Below, piece after piece: positions 1 to 7,976 of a stretch of 64,000 bases of DNA; position 1 is the stretch's first letter; every line of letters begins with the position of its first letter. Below the pieces are notes generated by a model. The model was not told the DNA's origin and did no database searches. It saw only the letters and a program-made list of their open reading frames with translations. A program made the position numbers and the translations under genes. Origin of the DNA: Vicinamibacterales bacterium (lineage in GTDB: Bacteria; Acidobacteriota; Vicinamibacteria; Vicinamibacterales; UBA2999); NCBI GenBank assembly GCA_050247355.1, contig JBFWUK010000008.1:114358-178357 (forward strand). The letters are read 5' to 3'.

Positions 1-926
1 TCGCCGAATCACTCGACAGCCTGGATCAGCTGGCCGCTGCCGACAAGCGCGCTCGGCAATACGTCGATCGCGGCGAGCTGCTGCTGGCGGGCGACGTGGT
101 GTTCACCGAGGTCCGCGACCTGCTGACCGCCATCACCGAACAAGTGACGACCGTGCGCCCCGCCCTGCGCGGCGAGGCCGACCGCCAGCAGGCCGGCATT
201 CGCCGCGAGCAGGCCGCGCTGGCCGCTGGTGCCGCCGGAATCTGGCTGCTGGTTGCCCTCTTGCTGGTGCCCGGCCAAGCGAAGCCGGCCGCCAAAGTGC
301 CGGGCGAATGGCGGCAGGAGCTGGCTGACACGCTCAAGGTGTCGGCACCGGCCCCCGGCGACCCGGGCGTCGAGATCAAGGAGATCGCGTCTCCAGCGCC
401 GCCGGCCGCGGTGATCCCCACCGCTCCGGCGGGTCCCGACCTGAAGATGGTGGCTGAGATCTGCGCCGACCTTTCGACCCTGACCGATATCGGAGCGCTT
501 TCAGGCGCGCTGGCTCGGGCCAGCGGCGTGTTGGGCGCCAAGGGCCTGATCGTCTGGGTGACCACGAGCGACGGCGGTGCCCTGTCACCGGTCTCTACGC
601 ACGGTTTCGACCCCCGCGTCGTCGAGCGCATCGGTACCATCGATCGCGCCAGCGCGAATCTCACGGCCGAGGCGTTGCGCGACAATTCGGCGAAGGTAAG
701 CGCGGCCACGGCCACCACCGGCGCCGCCCTTGCCGTGCCGATGTGCGGCCCCGCCGGGCCGGTTGGTGTCCTCTCGGCTGAGCTGCAGTTGGGTCACGAT
801 GCCGACGAGGGCTGCGTGGCGGTCGCCGCAATCCTGGCGGCGCAACTGGCCACACTCACGGCACCCCTGCCCGCGCCTGCAACCGCTCCCGCAGCCGAAC
901 ACCGCGCGGAAAGCGCCGCGTCATGA
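1..926 (+). CDS. GAF-like domain membrane protein, probably 5'-partial
   Basis: The reading frame is open from nt 3 to the window edge; the ORF track starts it at GTG 96. One hydrophobic span (AAGIWLLVALLLV) is followed by a ~150-aa C-terminal region with a GAF-like pattern. The stop overlaps the next start (ATGA at 923-926). Confidence 0.45.
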   Translation, partial: AESLDSLDQLAAADKRARQYVDRGELLLAGDVVFTEVRDLLTAITEQVTTVRPALRGEADRQQAGIRREQAALAAGAAGIWLLVALLLVPGQAKPAAKVPGEWRQELADTLKVSAPAPGDPGVEIKEIASPAPPAAVIPTAPAGPDLKMVAEICADLSTLTDIGALSGALARASGVLGAKGLIVWVTTSDGGALSPVSTHGFDPRVVERIGTIDRASANLTAEALRDNSAKVSAATATTGAALAVPMCGPAGPVGVLSAELQLGHDADEGCVAVAAILAAQLATLTAPLPAPATAPAAEHRAESAAS

Positions 927-1300
927 GCCTGACGGTGGTGCTGGCGGAAGACGACCCTGACATCCAGTTGGTCGCCCGTCTCGCACTCAAGCGCGCCGGC
1001 TTCACGGTGACCGTAGTTGGCAACGGCCAGGAAGCCCTCGACAGCATTCGCCGGCAGCCGCCGGACGTCGTACTGCTCGACTGGATGATGCCCGAGCTCG
1101 ACGGGCCGGAAACCTGCCGGCGGCTCAAGGCGGATCCGGCGACGGCCGACATTCCCGTGATCTTCCTGACCGCCAAGTCCCAGGAGGCAGAGATCCAGCG
1201 GGGCATGAGCCTGGGTGCCTCGGGCTACGTGACCAAACCGTTTGACGCCCTGTCACTCGGACAGCAGGTCAAGGACATCGTCGCCACCAAGAACCCGTGA
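923..1300 (+). CDS. Single-domain response regulator (CheY-like receiver)
   Basis: 125 aa. Acidic pocket AEDDPD, phospho-acceptor context VVLLDWMMPELDG, FLTAKS and YVTKPF motifs. ATGA overlap upstream and GTGA overlap with the downstream kinase. Confidence 0.85.
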   Translation: MSLTVVLAEDDPDIQLVARLALKRAGFTVTVVGNGQEALDSIRRQPPDVVLLDWMMPELDGPETCRRLKADPATADIPVIFLTAKSQEAEIQRGMSLGASGYVTKPFDALSLGQQVKDIVATKNP

Positions 1301-3990
1301 CTATCCGCACGCGGGCGTTCATCGGCCTGTGGCTGATCTACCTTCTCGCAGCCAGTGCAATCAGCCTCATCCTCTACACCTACTCGGTGACGACGCGGCT
1401 GGATGAAGAGCAAGCCCGCATCTCCGAAGTCCTGAACATCCACGGCACCATGTGGCGCGCGCTGGCCGAAACCCGCGCCAACCACCTGGCCTACGCCATG
1501 ACCGGGGTGCCGGCGCTGCGGGAGCGGCGCGACGAGAACCGGCGCGTCTTTTCTGGATCGCTGGCACTGCTGGCGGCCACGGAACGCGACGCGGGGCAAC
1601 TGGCGCGCCTGTCGCGCATTCGCATGGCCGTCGGCGCCTGGTTCGCGCGCTGGCCGCCGGCCGAGGCGCCGCCCAGCGTCGTCACGCCGGCGGAGGCCGA
1701 TCGGCTCGTGCAGGGCGCGGCCGACGAGTACGCGCCGATCAACCGCGAACTGGTCGAGTTCGACCTGCACGAACGAGAGTTGCTGCGCGATTCCCTGGCG
1801 ACCATCGCCGAGCTGCGGGGAACCATGGCGGCCGGCCGGATTGCCTTCGCCAGCCTGTTCATTCTCAGCATCAGCGGCATCATCTGGTTTGCCAAGCGCG
1901 GCGTACTCGACCCGCTGCGTGAGCTCACCATTTCCGCCGAGCGCATCGAGCAGGGCGACTTCACGGCCGCGCACCAGACGCTGCGCGACGACGAGATCGG
2001 CCTGTTGATCAACTCGTTCGCCAAGATGACCCAGTCGATCCAGATGCGCGAGCGCGAGCTGGCCACGGCGTTGAGCGAGACCCGCGACCTCGCCAGCGTG
2101 ACGGCCGAGGCGCGGCGGCGGGTCGAGGCCGCGCATGCCGACCTGCTGGCGACCCTGGAAACCGTGCCGGCGGCGTTGATGATTTTCAACACCGACAGCA
2201 GCGTGCGGCTGCGTAACAAAGCGGCCACCGACGTGTTCGGCATCGAGCCGCAGAACCCCGAACTGCGCAAGAACTACTGGGCCCGATTCAAGCGGATCGC
2301 CAAGGATGGCACGCCAATCCCGCCGGCGGAGTGGATCTCCAACCGCGCGTTGCGCGGCGAGCACGTGATCAACCAGGAACTCGAGATCCACCATCCCGAT
2401 GGCCGGGTCTTTCCGATCCTGGCCAGCGGCGCGCCGCTGCGCAACGAGCTCGGCCACGTCGCCGGCGCCGTCGTCGCCTTCCAGGACATCTCGCGCCTGC
2501 GCGAAGTCGATCGCATGAAGGACGAGTTCGTGTCGATCGTCAGCCACGAACTGCGCACGCCGCTGACCTCGATCCGCGGCTCGGTGCAGCTGGTGCTGGA
2601 CGAGCCCGATTCCGTGCCGGATGCCGAGCATCGGCAGTTGCTGCAGATCGCGCTGAACAACTGCGAACGGCTGGTCCGCATCATCAACGACATTCTCGAC
2701 GTCGCGAAGATCGAGTCGGGCAACATCACGCTGCACAGGAAGCCGGTCAACGTCGCCGACATCGTGCGGCAGTCGATTCAGGTGGTGGAAGGACCGGCGC
2801 GGGCCGCCCAGGTGGCGATCGAAGCCAGGCTGCCGGCCAAGCTGCGGCCCGTCATGGTCGACCCCGATCGCATCGTTCAGGCGCTGGTCAACCTGCTCTC
2901 GAACGCGGTGAAGTTCGCGCCCCAGGGATCCACGGTGTCGGTGACGGCGGCCGGCTCCGAGAACATGGTCACGCTGGCGGTTTCGGACCAGGGCGACGGC
3001 ATTGCCCCCGAGAACCTGAACCGGCTGTTCAAGAAGTTCCAGCAGGTCGACAGCTCGTCGTCCCGGCGCAAGGGCGGCACCGGCCTGGGCCTGGCTATTA
3101 CCAAGGCGCTGGTCGAGCAGCACGGCGGCCGCATCTTCGTTGACAGCGCGGTGACCAAGGGCACCCGGTTCTCGTTCACGCTGCCGGCGGCGACGGCCGA
3201 AGAAGCTGACGCTGTGTCACTGGCTCCGGTGGCGGCCAACAGGGACGGCTCGGCGCGGCTGGCCGTGCGCCGCGTGCTGGTGGTCGATGACGACGACGAC
3301 TTCAGGAGCTTGATTCGCGCGCAACTGACCAACGCCGGCTACGAAGTGCTGGATGCGCGCGACGCGGCATCGGCCATTCATATTGCCCGGACGATGCGGC
3401 CGGATATCATCACCGTCGACCTGATGATGCCGGGCCTCGACGGGTGGGATTTCATCGAGCGCCTGCGCAGCGAGGAAGGCCTGGCCCGCATCCCGGTGGT
3501 CGTGGTCTCGGGAGTGCCGGAGGCGACCGAGTCGGAGCGCCGGCCCGAAGGCGTGGCGGTCGTCACCAAGGGCGAGGGCCTCGAGCGCCTGCTGCGGGAG
3601 ATCAGCAACTCGCTGGGCAATCGCCGCGGGGCCACCGTGCTGGTGGCGGAAGACGATGCCGACTTGCGCGGTGTGCTGACGGCGGCACTGACTCGCAACG
3701 GCCATCGCGTACTGCAGGCGCGTGATGGCGCCGAAGCCCTGGCGGCGATCGAACGCGAACCGGTCGACCTGCTCGTGCTCGACCTGGTGATGCCGAACAT
3801 CGACGGCTACGAAGTACTAGCCCGCCTGAAATCGAACGAACAGGACGCGCGCATTCCGGTGGTGGTGGTGTCGGGCGCCGACCGGTCGTCGAGTGAGCTG
3901 CGATCGCTGCGGCTCGGGGCCAACGTCTATCTGACGAAGCCCATCGAAGCCGCAGCGCTCACCGAAGAAGTCACCCGCCTGCTAACGTAG
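1297..3990 (+). CDS. Hybrid sensor histidine kinase (sensor-HAMP-PAS-HisKA-HATPase-REC-REC)
   Basis: 897 aa. N-terminal TM plus periplasmic sensor (CHASE3-like by layout), second TM, HAMP, PAS. H-box SIVSHELRTPLTSI; N/G boxes LLSNAVKF, DQGDGI, GGTGLGLAI. Two receiver domains follow (VLVVDDDDD...DLMMPGLDG and VLVAEDDAD...DLVMPNIDG). Confidence 0.85.
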   Translation: MTIRTRAFIGLWLIYLLAASAISLILYTYSVTTRLDEEQARISEVLNIHGTMWRALAETRANHLAYAMTGVPALRERRDENRRVFSGSLALLAATERDAGQLARLSRIRMAVGAWFARWPPAEAPPSVVTPAEADRLVQGAADEYAPINRELVEFDLHERELLRDSLATIAELRGTMAAGRIAFASLFILSISGIIWFAKRGVLDPLRELTISAERIEQGDFTAAHQTLRDDEIGLLINSFAKMTQSIQMRERELATALSETRDLASVTAEARRRVEAAHADLLATLETVPAALMIFNTDSSVRLRNKAATDVFGIEPQNPELRKNYWARFKRIAKDGTPIPPAEWISNRALRGEHVINQELEIHHPDGRVFPILASGAPLRNELGHVAGAVVAFQDISRLREVDRMKDEFVSIVSHELRTPLTSIRGSVQLVLDEPDSVPDAEHRQLLQIALNNCERLVRIINDILDVAKIESGNITLHRKPVNVADIVRQSIQVVEGPARAAQVAIEARLPAKLRPVMVDPDRIVQALVNLLSNAVKFAPQGSTVSVTAAGSENMVTLAVSDQGDGIAPENLNRLFKKFQQVDSSSSRRKGGTGLGLAITKALVEQHGGRIFVDSAVTKGTRFSFTLPAATAEEADAVSLAPVAANRDGSARLAVRRVLVVDDDDDFRSLIRAQLTNAGYEVLDARDAASAIHIARTMRPDIITVDLMMPGLDGWDFIERLRSEEGLARIPVVVVSGVPEATESERRPEGVAVVTKGEGLERLLREISNSLGNRRGATVLVAEDDADLRGVLTAALTRNGHRVLQARDGAEALAAIEREPVDLLVLDLVMPNIDGYEVLARLKSNEQDARIPVVVVSGADRSSSELRSLRLGANVYLTKPIEAAALTEEVTRLLT

Positions 3991-3992
3991 AG

Positions 3993-4043
3993 TCCGGCCT
4001 CAGCCGGATATCAGCGAAGGACAGGTCCCGGCTCTAGCCGGGA
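3993..4043. terminator. Two short GC hairpins between convergent genes
   Basis: tccggc-ctca-gccgga (3993-4008) and tcccggc-tcta-gccggga (4026-4043). The second overlaps the stop of the minus-strand PDZ gene. No clear U-tracts. Confidence 0.35.
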
Positions 4044-4939
4044 ATGGTGGCGGTAACCATCATCTCCCGGCGGTCCCGGATTACGCCGAGGGTCACCTCG
4101 CCGGTCAGGTCTGCCAGCTCGCGGATCACGTCATCCCCGTCGTTGACGCGAACGCCGTTCACTGACGTGATTACGTCACCGGCCTTCAGCCCCGCCTGTT
4201 CGGCCGCCGAGCCCTTGGCGACGCTCGACACCAGCGCACCGCCGTTCTTCGCACCGAAATAGTCGGCCAACTCAGTGGACAGTTCCTGCAGCGTCACGCC
4301 CAGGCGCCCACGCGACGAGCGCCGGGTAAACACGTCGGCGCGCGCGCCGTCGGGTGTGCGGAACTCGAAGCGGCGGGATTCGCGGCCGTCACGATTGTCG
4401 AACCGGTAGTTGAACTGTGGGTCCATCCGGAACTCGCGCAGGCCGCGCTCGACCTCGCGGCGCATGCGGTCGTCATCGATGTCGCGTTCCCAGCTGAACG
4501 ACCGCGCCTCGGGGGTCGCTTCAATCGTCTGCCGGTTACCGTCTCGGAGCACGGCCATGCGCACGGTGCGGCCGTCAGGCGTCTCTTGCACCAGCCGGGT
4601 GAACTGGCGGGCGCTGCGGACACGTTCGCCGTCGAACTCCACCACGATGTCGCCGGCTTTCAGGCCCGCCTTTTCGGCGGGGCTGTCCTCAGTGACTTCG
4701 TCAATCTTCACGCCGGCGCCTTGTTTGGCGTCCACGTCGCTGACGACGATGCCAAGCTGGCTCCCACGGCCGCTTGCCATGAGCGCAGTTGAAGGGTCGA
4801 GCGTGAACACGCGCGGACGGCTGGCCCTGGGCGAGCCCGAGGGGCCGGTCGGAGGGTCCTGGGCTGCCAGGCCGGCCACCGCGCCGCCGACCGAGATCAC
4901 CAGGCCCAGGCAAAACACGCCGAATTTGACGTTCTTCAT
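4034..4939 (-). CDS. Secreted protein with two PDZ domains (no protease domain seen)
   Basis: 301 aa. N-terminal signal-like segment MKNVKFGVFCLGLVISVGGAVAG. Two PDZ-like blocks (GAGVKIDEVTEDSPAEKAGLKAGDIVVEFDG and GALVSSVAKGSAAEQAGLKAGDVITSVNG). Confidence 0.7.
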   Translation of the reverse strand: MKNVKFGVFCLGLVISVGGAVAGLAAQDPPTGPSGSPRASRPRVFTLDPSTALMASGRGSQLGIVVSDVDAKQGAGVKIDEVTEDSPAEKAGLKAGDIVVEFDGERVRSARQFTRLVQETPDGRTVRMAVLRDGNRQTIEATPEARSFSWERDIDDDRMRREVERGLREFRMDPQFNYRFDNRDGRESRRFEFRTPDGARADVFTRRSSRGRLGVTLQELSTELADYFGAKNGGALVSSVAKGSAAEQAGLKAGDVITSVNGVRVNDGDDVIRELADLTGEVTLGVIRDRREMMVTATIPG

Positions 4940-5039
4940 ATGAGAGTTCTCCCTATCCGCCTAGCACTGACGTCGGAGCACGCCAGAAGGCCGGGACTTC
5001 AGTCCCGGTGTTTTGGGATGAAGACATTACAATCCGGTA

Positions 5040-6377
5040 ATGGCAAAGGGCGGGGACGAGAAGGGCAGGATCCTGGAACGGGCCGAAAAGGAACGCGTCA
5101 AGTTCCTGCGCCTGCAGTTTACGGACATCCTGGGCGTCATCAAGAACGTCGAGGTCCCCGATCGGCAGTTTGCCGATGCGCTCGACGGCAAGATCATGTT
5201 CGACGGTTCGTCGATCGAGGGCTTCGTCCGCATCGAAGAGTCCGACATGTACCTGCGCCCGGATCTGTCGACCTTCCAGGTCTTCCCATGGACCGACGCC
5301 AACGGCGCGCGGGTCGGACGCTTGATCTGCGACATTGCCAATCCCGATGGCAGTCCGTTTGCCGGCTGCCCGCGCACCACGCTGAAGAACGTGATCGCGC
5401 TGGCCGCCGCCCGCGGCTTCACCATGATGGCCGGTCCCGAAACCGAGTTCTTCCTGTTCCTGCGCCGTGACGGCCGCGCCACGACCGAGACCCACGATCG
5501 CGCCAGCTACTTCGACCTGGCGCCGATCGACCTGGGCGAGGACGTGCGGCGCGAGATTGTGATCGCCCTCGAGCAGATGGGCATTGCCGTCGAGGCCGCG
5601 CACCACGAGGTGGCACCGGGCCAGCACGAGATCGATTTTCACTACGACGACGTGCTGACGACGGCGGATAACGTGAGCACCTGCCGGTTCATCGTGAAGA
5701 ACGTGGCGCTGCGGAACAACCTGCACGCGACCTTCATGCCGAAGCCCATTTTCGGCGTGAACGGCTCGGGCATGCACACCCACCAGTCGCTGTTCGCCGG
5801 CGGCAAGAACGCGTTCTTCGATGCCGGCAACGACATCCAGCTCAGCCAGACGTGCATGAACTACGTTGGCGGACTGCTGCAGCACGCGAAGGGGTTCTGC
5901 GCCATCACCAACCCGCTGGTGAATTCGTACAAGCGCCTGGTGCCGGGCTACGAGGCGCCGACCGCGATCGCGTGGTCCGAAAAGAACCGCAGCCCGCTGG
6001 TGCGCGTGCCGGCGTCGCGCGGCGACTCGACGCGGGTCGAGTTGCGCATGCCGGATCCGTCGTGCAATCCATACCTCGCTCTGGCGGTGATGTTGCGCGC
6101 CGGCCTCGACGGCATCGACCAGAACATTGATCCGGGTCCGCCGGTCAACAAGAACATCTACAAGATGAGCCACCGCGAGCGCCGCCACTTGCGCATCGAC
6201 GACCTGCCGGCCAACCTCAGCGAGGCGCTCGATGAGTTCGAGAAGGACGCGCTCGTGAAGGAAACGCTGGGCGAGCACATCTTCACGCACTTCCTCGACG
6301 CCAAGCGCGAGGAGTGGGACGACTACATCCGCCACGTCTCGCCGTGGGAGATGGACCGCTACCTTGGCGTGTATTAG
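5040..6377 (+). CDS. glnA: Glutamine synthetase, type I
   Basis: 445 aa. GS-I signatures FDGSSIEGF, MPKPIFGVNGSGMHTHQS, NRSPLVRVP; typical length. Confidence 0.95.
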   Translation: MAKGGDEKGRILERAEKERVKFLRLQFTDILGVIKNVEVPDRQFADALDGKIMFDGSSIEGFVRIEESDMYLRPDLSTFQVFPWTDANGARVGRLICDIANPDGSPFAGCPRTTLKNVIALAAARGFTMMAGPETEFFLFLRRDGRATTETHDRASYFDLAPIDLGEDVRREIVIALEQMGIAVEAAHHEVAPGQHEIDFHYDDVLTTADNVSTCRFIVKNVALRNNLHATFMPKPIFGVNGSGMHTHQSLFAGGKNAFFDAGNDIQLSQTCMNYVGGLLQHAKGFCAITNPLVNSYKRLVPGYEAPTAIAWSEKNRSPLVRVPASRGDSTRVELRMPDPSCNPYLALAVMLRAGLDGIDQNIDPGPPVNKNIYKMSHRERRHLRIDDLPANLSEALDEFEKDALVKETLGEHIFTHFLDAKREEWDDYIRHVSPWEMDRYLGVY

Positions 6378-6380
6378 CCA

Positions 6381-6427
6381 GGGGACAGCCGTCCGGGGCT
6401 GGGGACAGGTGGGGCTGGGGATCCGGG
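6381..6427 (+). repeat. G-tract-rich element immediately 3' of the glnA stop
   Basis: ggggacagccgtccggggctggggacaggtggggctggggatccggg: five GGGG runs within 47 nt, starting 4 nt after the TAG at 6375-6377. Confidence 0.6.
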
Positions 6428-6471
6428 AATTGGGTCTCGAGCTTGGAGCCTGTAACTGCCTGTTAAATAAA

Positions 6472-6503
6472 GAGAATCTGTGTAATCTGCGTCATCTGTG
6501 GCC
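6472..6503. repeat. Tandem 9-mer array (minus strand GCCACAGAT GACGCAGAT TACACAGAT)
   Basis: A 28-nt block atctgNgtaatctgcgtcatctgNggcc recurs at 21259-21286 with 2 mismatches. Confidence 0.7.
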
Positions 6504-6655
6504 CGTCTGCGTTGATGGCATAGACCTTGATAGGTAGGGGGTTGGCTGCGGCGGATCACCGGAGGGCGAATATTCAGGCAGGCGCTGGCATCGCCGCTCT
6601 TCGGCCGCAATCTTCACGATTCCGCTGCAGCCTCTTTTGCTATTTGAGGTCAGCC

Positions 6656-7006
6656 ATGAAAAAGCTTTTCGTTACTCTCACTCTTGCCGCGGCAGTAGTC
6701 ACCGGCGCTTGCGCTTCGATGGGCTCGCGCTCCATCTCCGAGGTGCAGACAAACCCGGGGAAGTTCGCTGACAAGACGGTGACGGTCGAAGGCGTGGTGA
6801 CCACCTCGTTCGGCATCCCGCTGGTCCCGTTCAAGGTCTACCGCATCAGCGACGGCTCGGCCGAAATGCTGGTGATCTCGGACAACAGCCGGATCCCCGG
6901 CAAGAACGCCCGGGTCCGGGTCCGTGGCGAGGTCGAGGAAGTGGCGCTGATTGGCGGCCGGTCGTTCGGCCTGCACATCAGGGAGAAGAGCATTAAGTTT
7001 CTGTGA
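6656..7006 (+). CDS. Small secreted/lipoprotein-like protein, function unknown
   Basis: Internal ATG at 6656 in the 6527..7006 frame gives MKKLFVTLTLAAAVVTGAC..., a signal peptide with Cys. 116 aa. Beta-rich C-terminal part, possibly an OB-like fold (weak). Confidence 0.5.
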   Translation: MKKLFVTLTLAAAVVTGACASMGSRSISEVQTNPGKFADKTVTVEGVVTTSFGIPLVPFKVYRISDGSAEMLVISDNSRIPGKNARVRVRGEVEEVALIGGRSFGLHIREKSIKFL

Positions 7007-7010
7007 CAGA

Positions 7011-7083
7011 AGGACTTGGGGTCTTGGGGTCTTGGACGGAGCGTATGTCTCTTCAGGACCTCAGACCCCAGGACCTGAAGACC
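7011..7083. repeat. Imperfect hairpin built from 8-mers (GGGGTCTT / GAGGTCCT family)
   Basis: Left arm aggacttggggtcttggggtcttgga. Right arm cttcaggacctcagaccccaggacctgaagacc. Starts 5 nt after the stop at 7004-7006. Confidence 0.6.
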
Positions 7084-7111
7084 TTTGTGAAACATAGTAC
7101 AATGTCCGGCT

Positions 7112-7873
7112 GTGGAAGCAATTGAACATCCCTCCCCACTAGTCGCGATCATCAACGCGATCATCGCCAGCCTTGGCATTCACGCCGAGATCCCCGACCA
7201 CATGGTCTTTGTCGGGTTGATCACGCTGTTCATCCTGTTCATCGGCCTGGCCATCCGCTCGCAGCTGAGCGTCGAGAAGCCCGGCAAGCTCCAGATCATC
7301 CTCGAGGATGTCGTTTCCTTTCTGGTCGGCGTGCTCGAAGACAACATGGGCAAGAAGGGCCGGAAGTACCTGCCGCTGCTCGGCACACTGTTCGTGTTCA
7401 TCCTGCTCGGCAACCTGATGGGCCAGGTGCCCGGCCTTGGCTCGCCCACCAGCAACATCAACGTGCCGTTTGCGTGCGCGCTCACGCTGTGGCTCTACTA
7501 TCACGCCCAGGGCGTGATCGCGAACGGGCCGGTCAACTACATCAAGCACTTCGCGGTCATGCCGGGCGTGCCGATTGCGCTGGCGCCGATGATCTTCGTA
7601 ATTGAAATCATCAGCCACCTGTCGCGCGTGCTGTCGCTGACGCTGCGCCTGTTCGGCAACATCTTCGGCGAGCACCTCGTGGTGCTGATTCTGGCCAGCA
7701 TCGTGCCGTTCATCGCGCCGCTGCCGATTCAGTTCCTGGGGTTGATCGTCGGGCCCCTGCAGGCGTTCATCTTCCTGACGCTGGGGGCCATCTACCTCAC
7801 GGCCGCCACGCACGTGGATGACCACGGCGACGAGTACGGCGGCGAACACCACGGCCCCGCCGCCGCCCACTGA
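7112..7873 (+). CDS. atpB: F0F1 ATP synthase subunit a
   Basis: 253 aa, multi-TM. Signature LSLTLRLFGNIFGEHLVV with the essential Arg; PTSNINV motif. GTG start. No atpE follows it. Confidence 0.9.
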   Translation: MEAIEHPSPLVAIINAIIASLGIHAEIPDHMVFVGLITLFILFIGLAIRSQLSVEKPGKLQIILEDVVSFLVGVLEDNMGKKGRKYLPLLGTLFVFILLGNLMGQVPGLGSPTSNINVPFACALTLWLYYHAQGVIANGPVNYIKHFAVMPGVPIALAPMIFVIEIISHLSRVLSLTLRLFGNIFGEHLVVLILASIVPFIAPLPIQFLGLIVGPLQAFIFLTLGAIYLTAATHVDDHGDEYGGEHHGPAAAH

Positions 7874-7874
7874 T

Positions 7875-7940
7875 GGGGCTTAGGGGCCTAGGGGCCTAGG
7901 GGCTTAGGGGCTTAGGGGCTTAGGGGCTTAGGGGCTTAGG
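7875..7940 (+). repeat. Tandem octamer array (GGGGCTTA/GGGGCCTA) x8
   Basis: Eight head-to-tail 8-nt units counted directly (7875-7938) plus a trailing gg. Starts 2 nt after the atpB TGA. Followed by a C-rich partner, accccaggtccctaggaccccaggacc (7951-7977). Confidence 0.95.
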
Positions 7941-7976
7941 ATTCTTCAAGACCCCAGGTCCCTAGGACCCCAGGAC

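Noticed and set aside
4991-5017. ccgggac-ttca-gtcccgg followed by TGTTTTGGG, a terminator-like hairpin upstream of glnA.
   Set aside because: No plus-strand gene ends upstream of it (the PDZ gene is divergent). It may be a variant of the REP-like hairpin family or a leader element, but I cannot support a terminator or riboswitch call.
7875-7940. The tandem octamer array, and other oligomer arrays, as a possible CRISPR locus.
   Set aside because: Units are 7-9 nt with no unique spacers and no cas genes. They are microsatellite-like arrays, not CRISPR.
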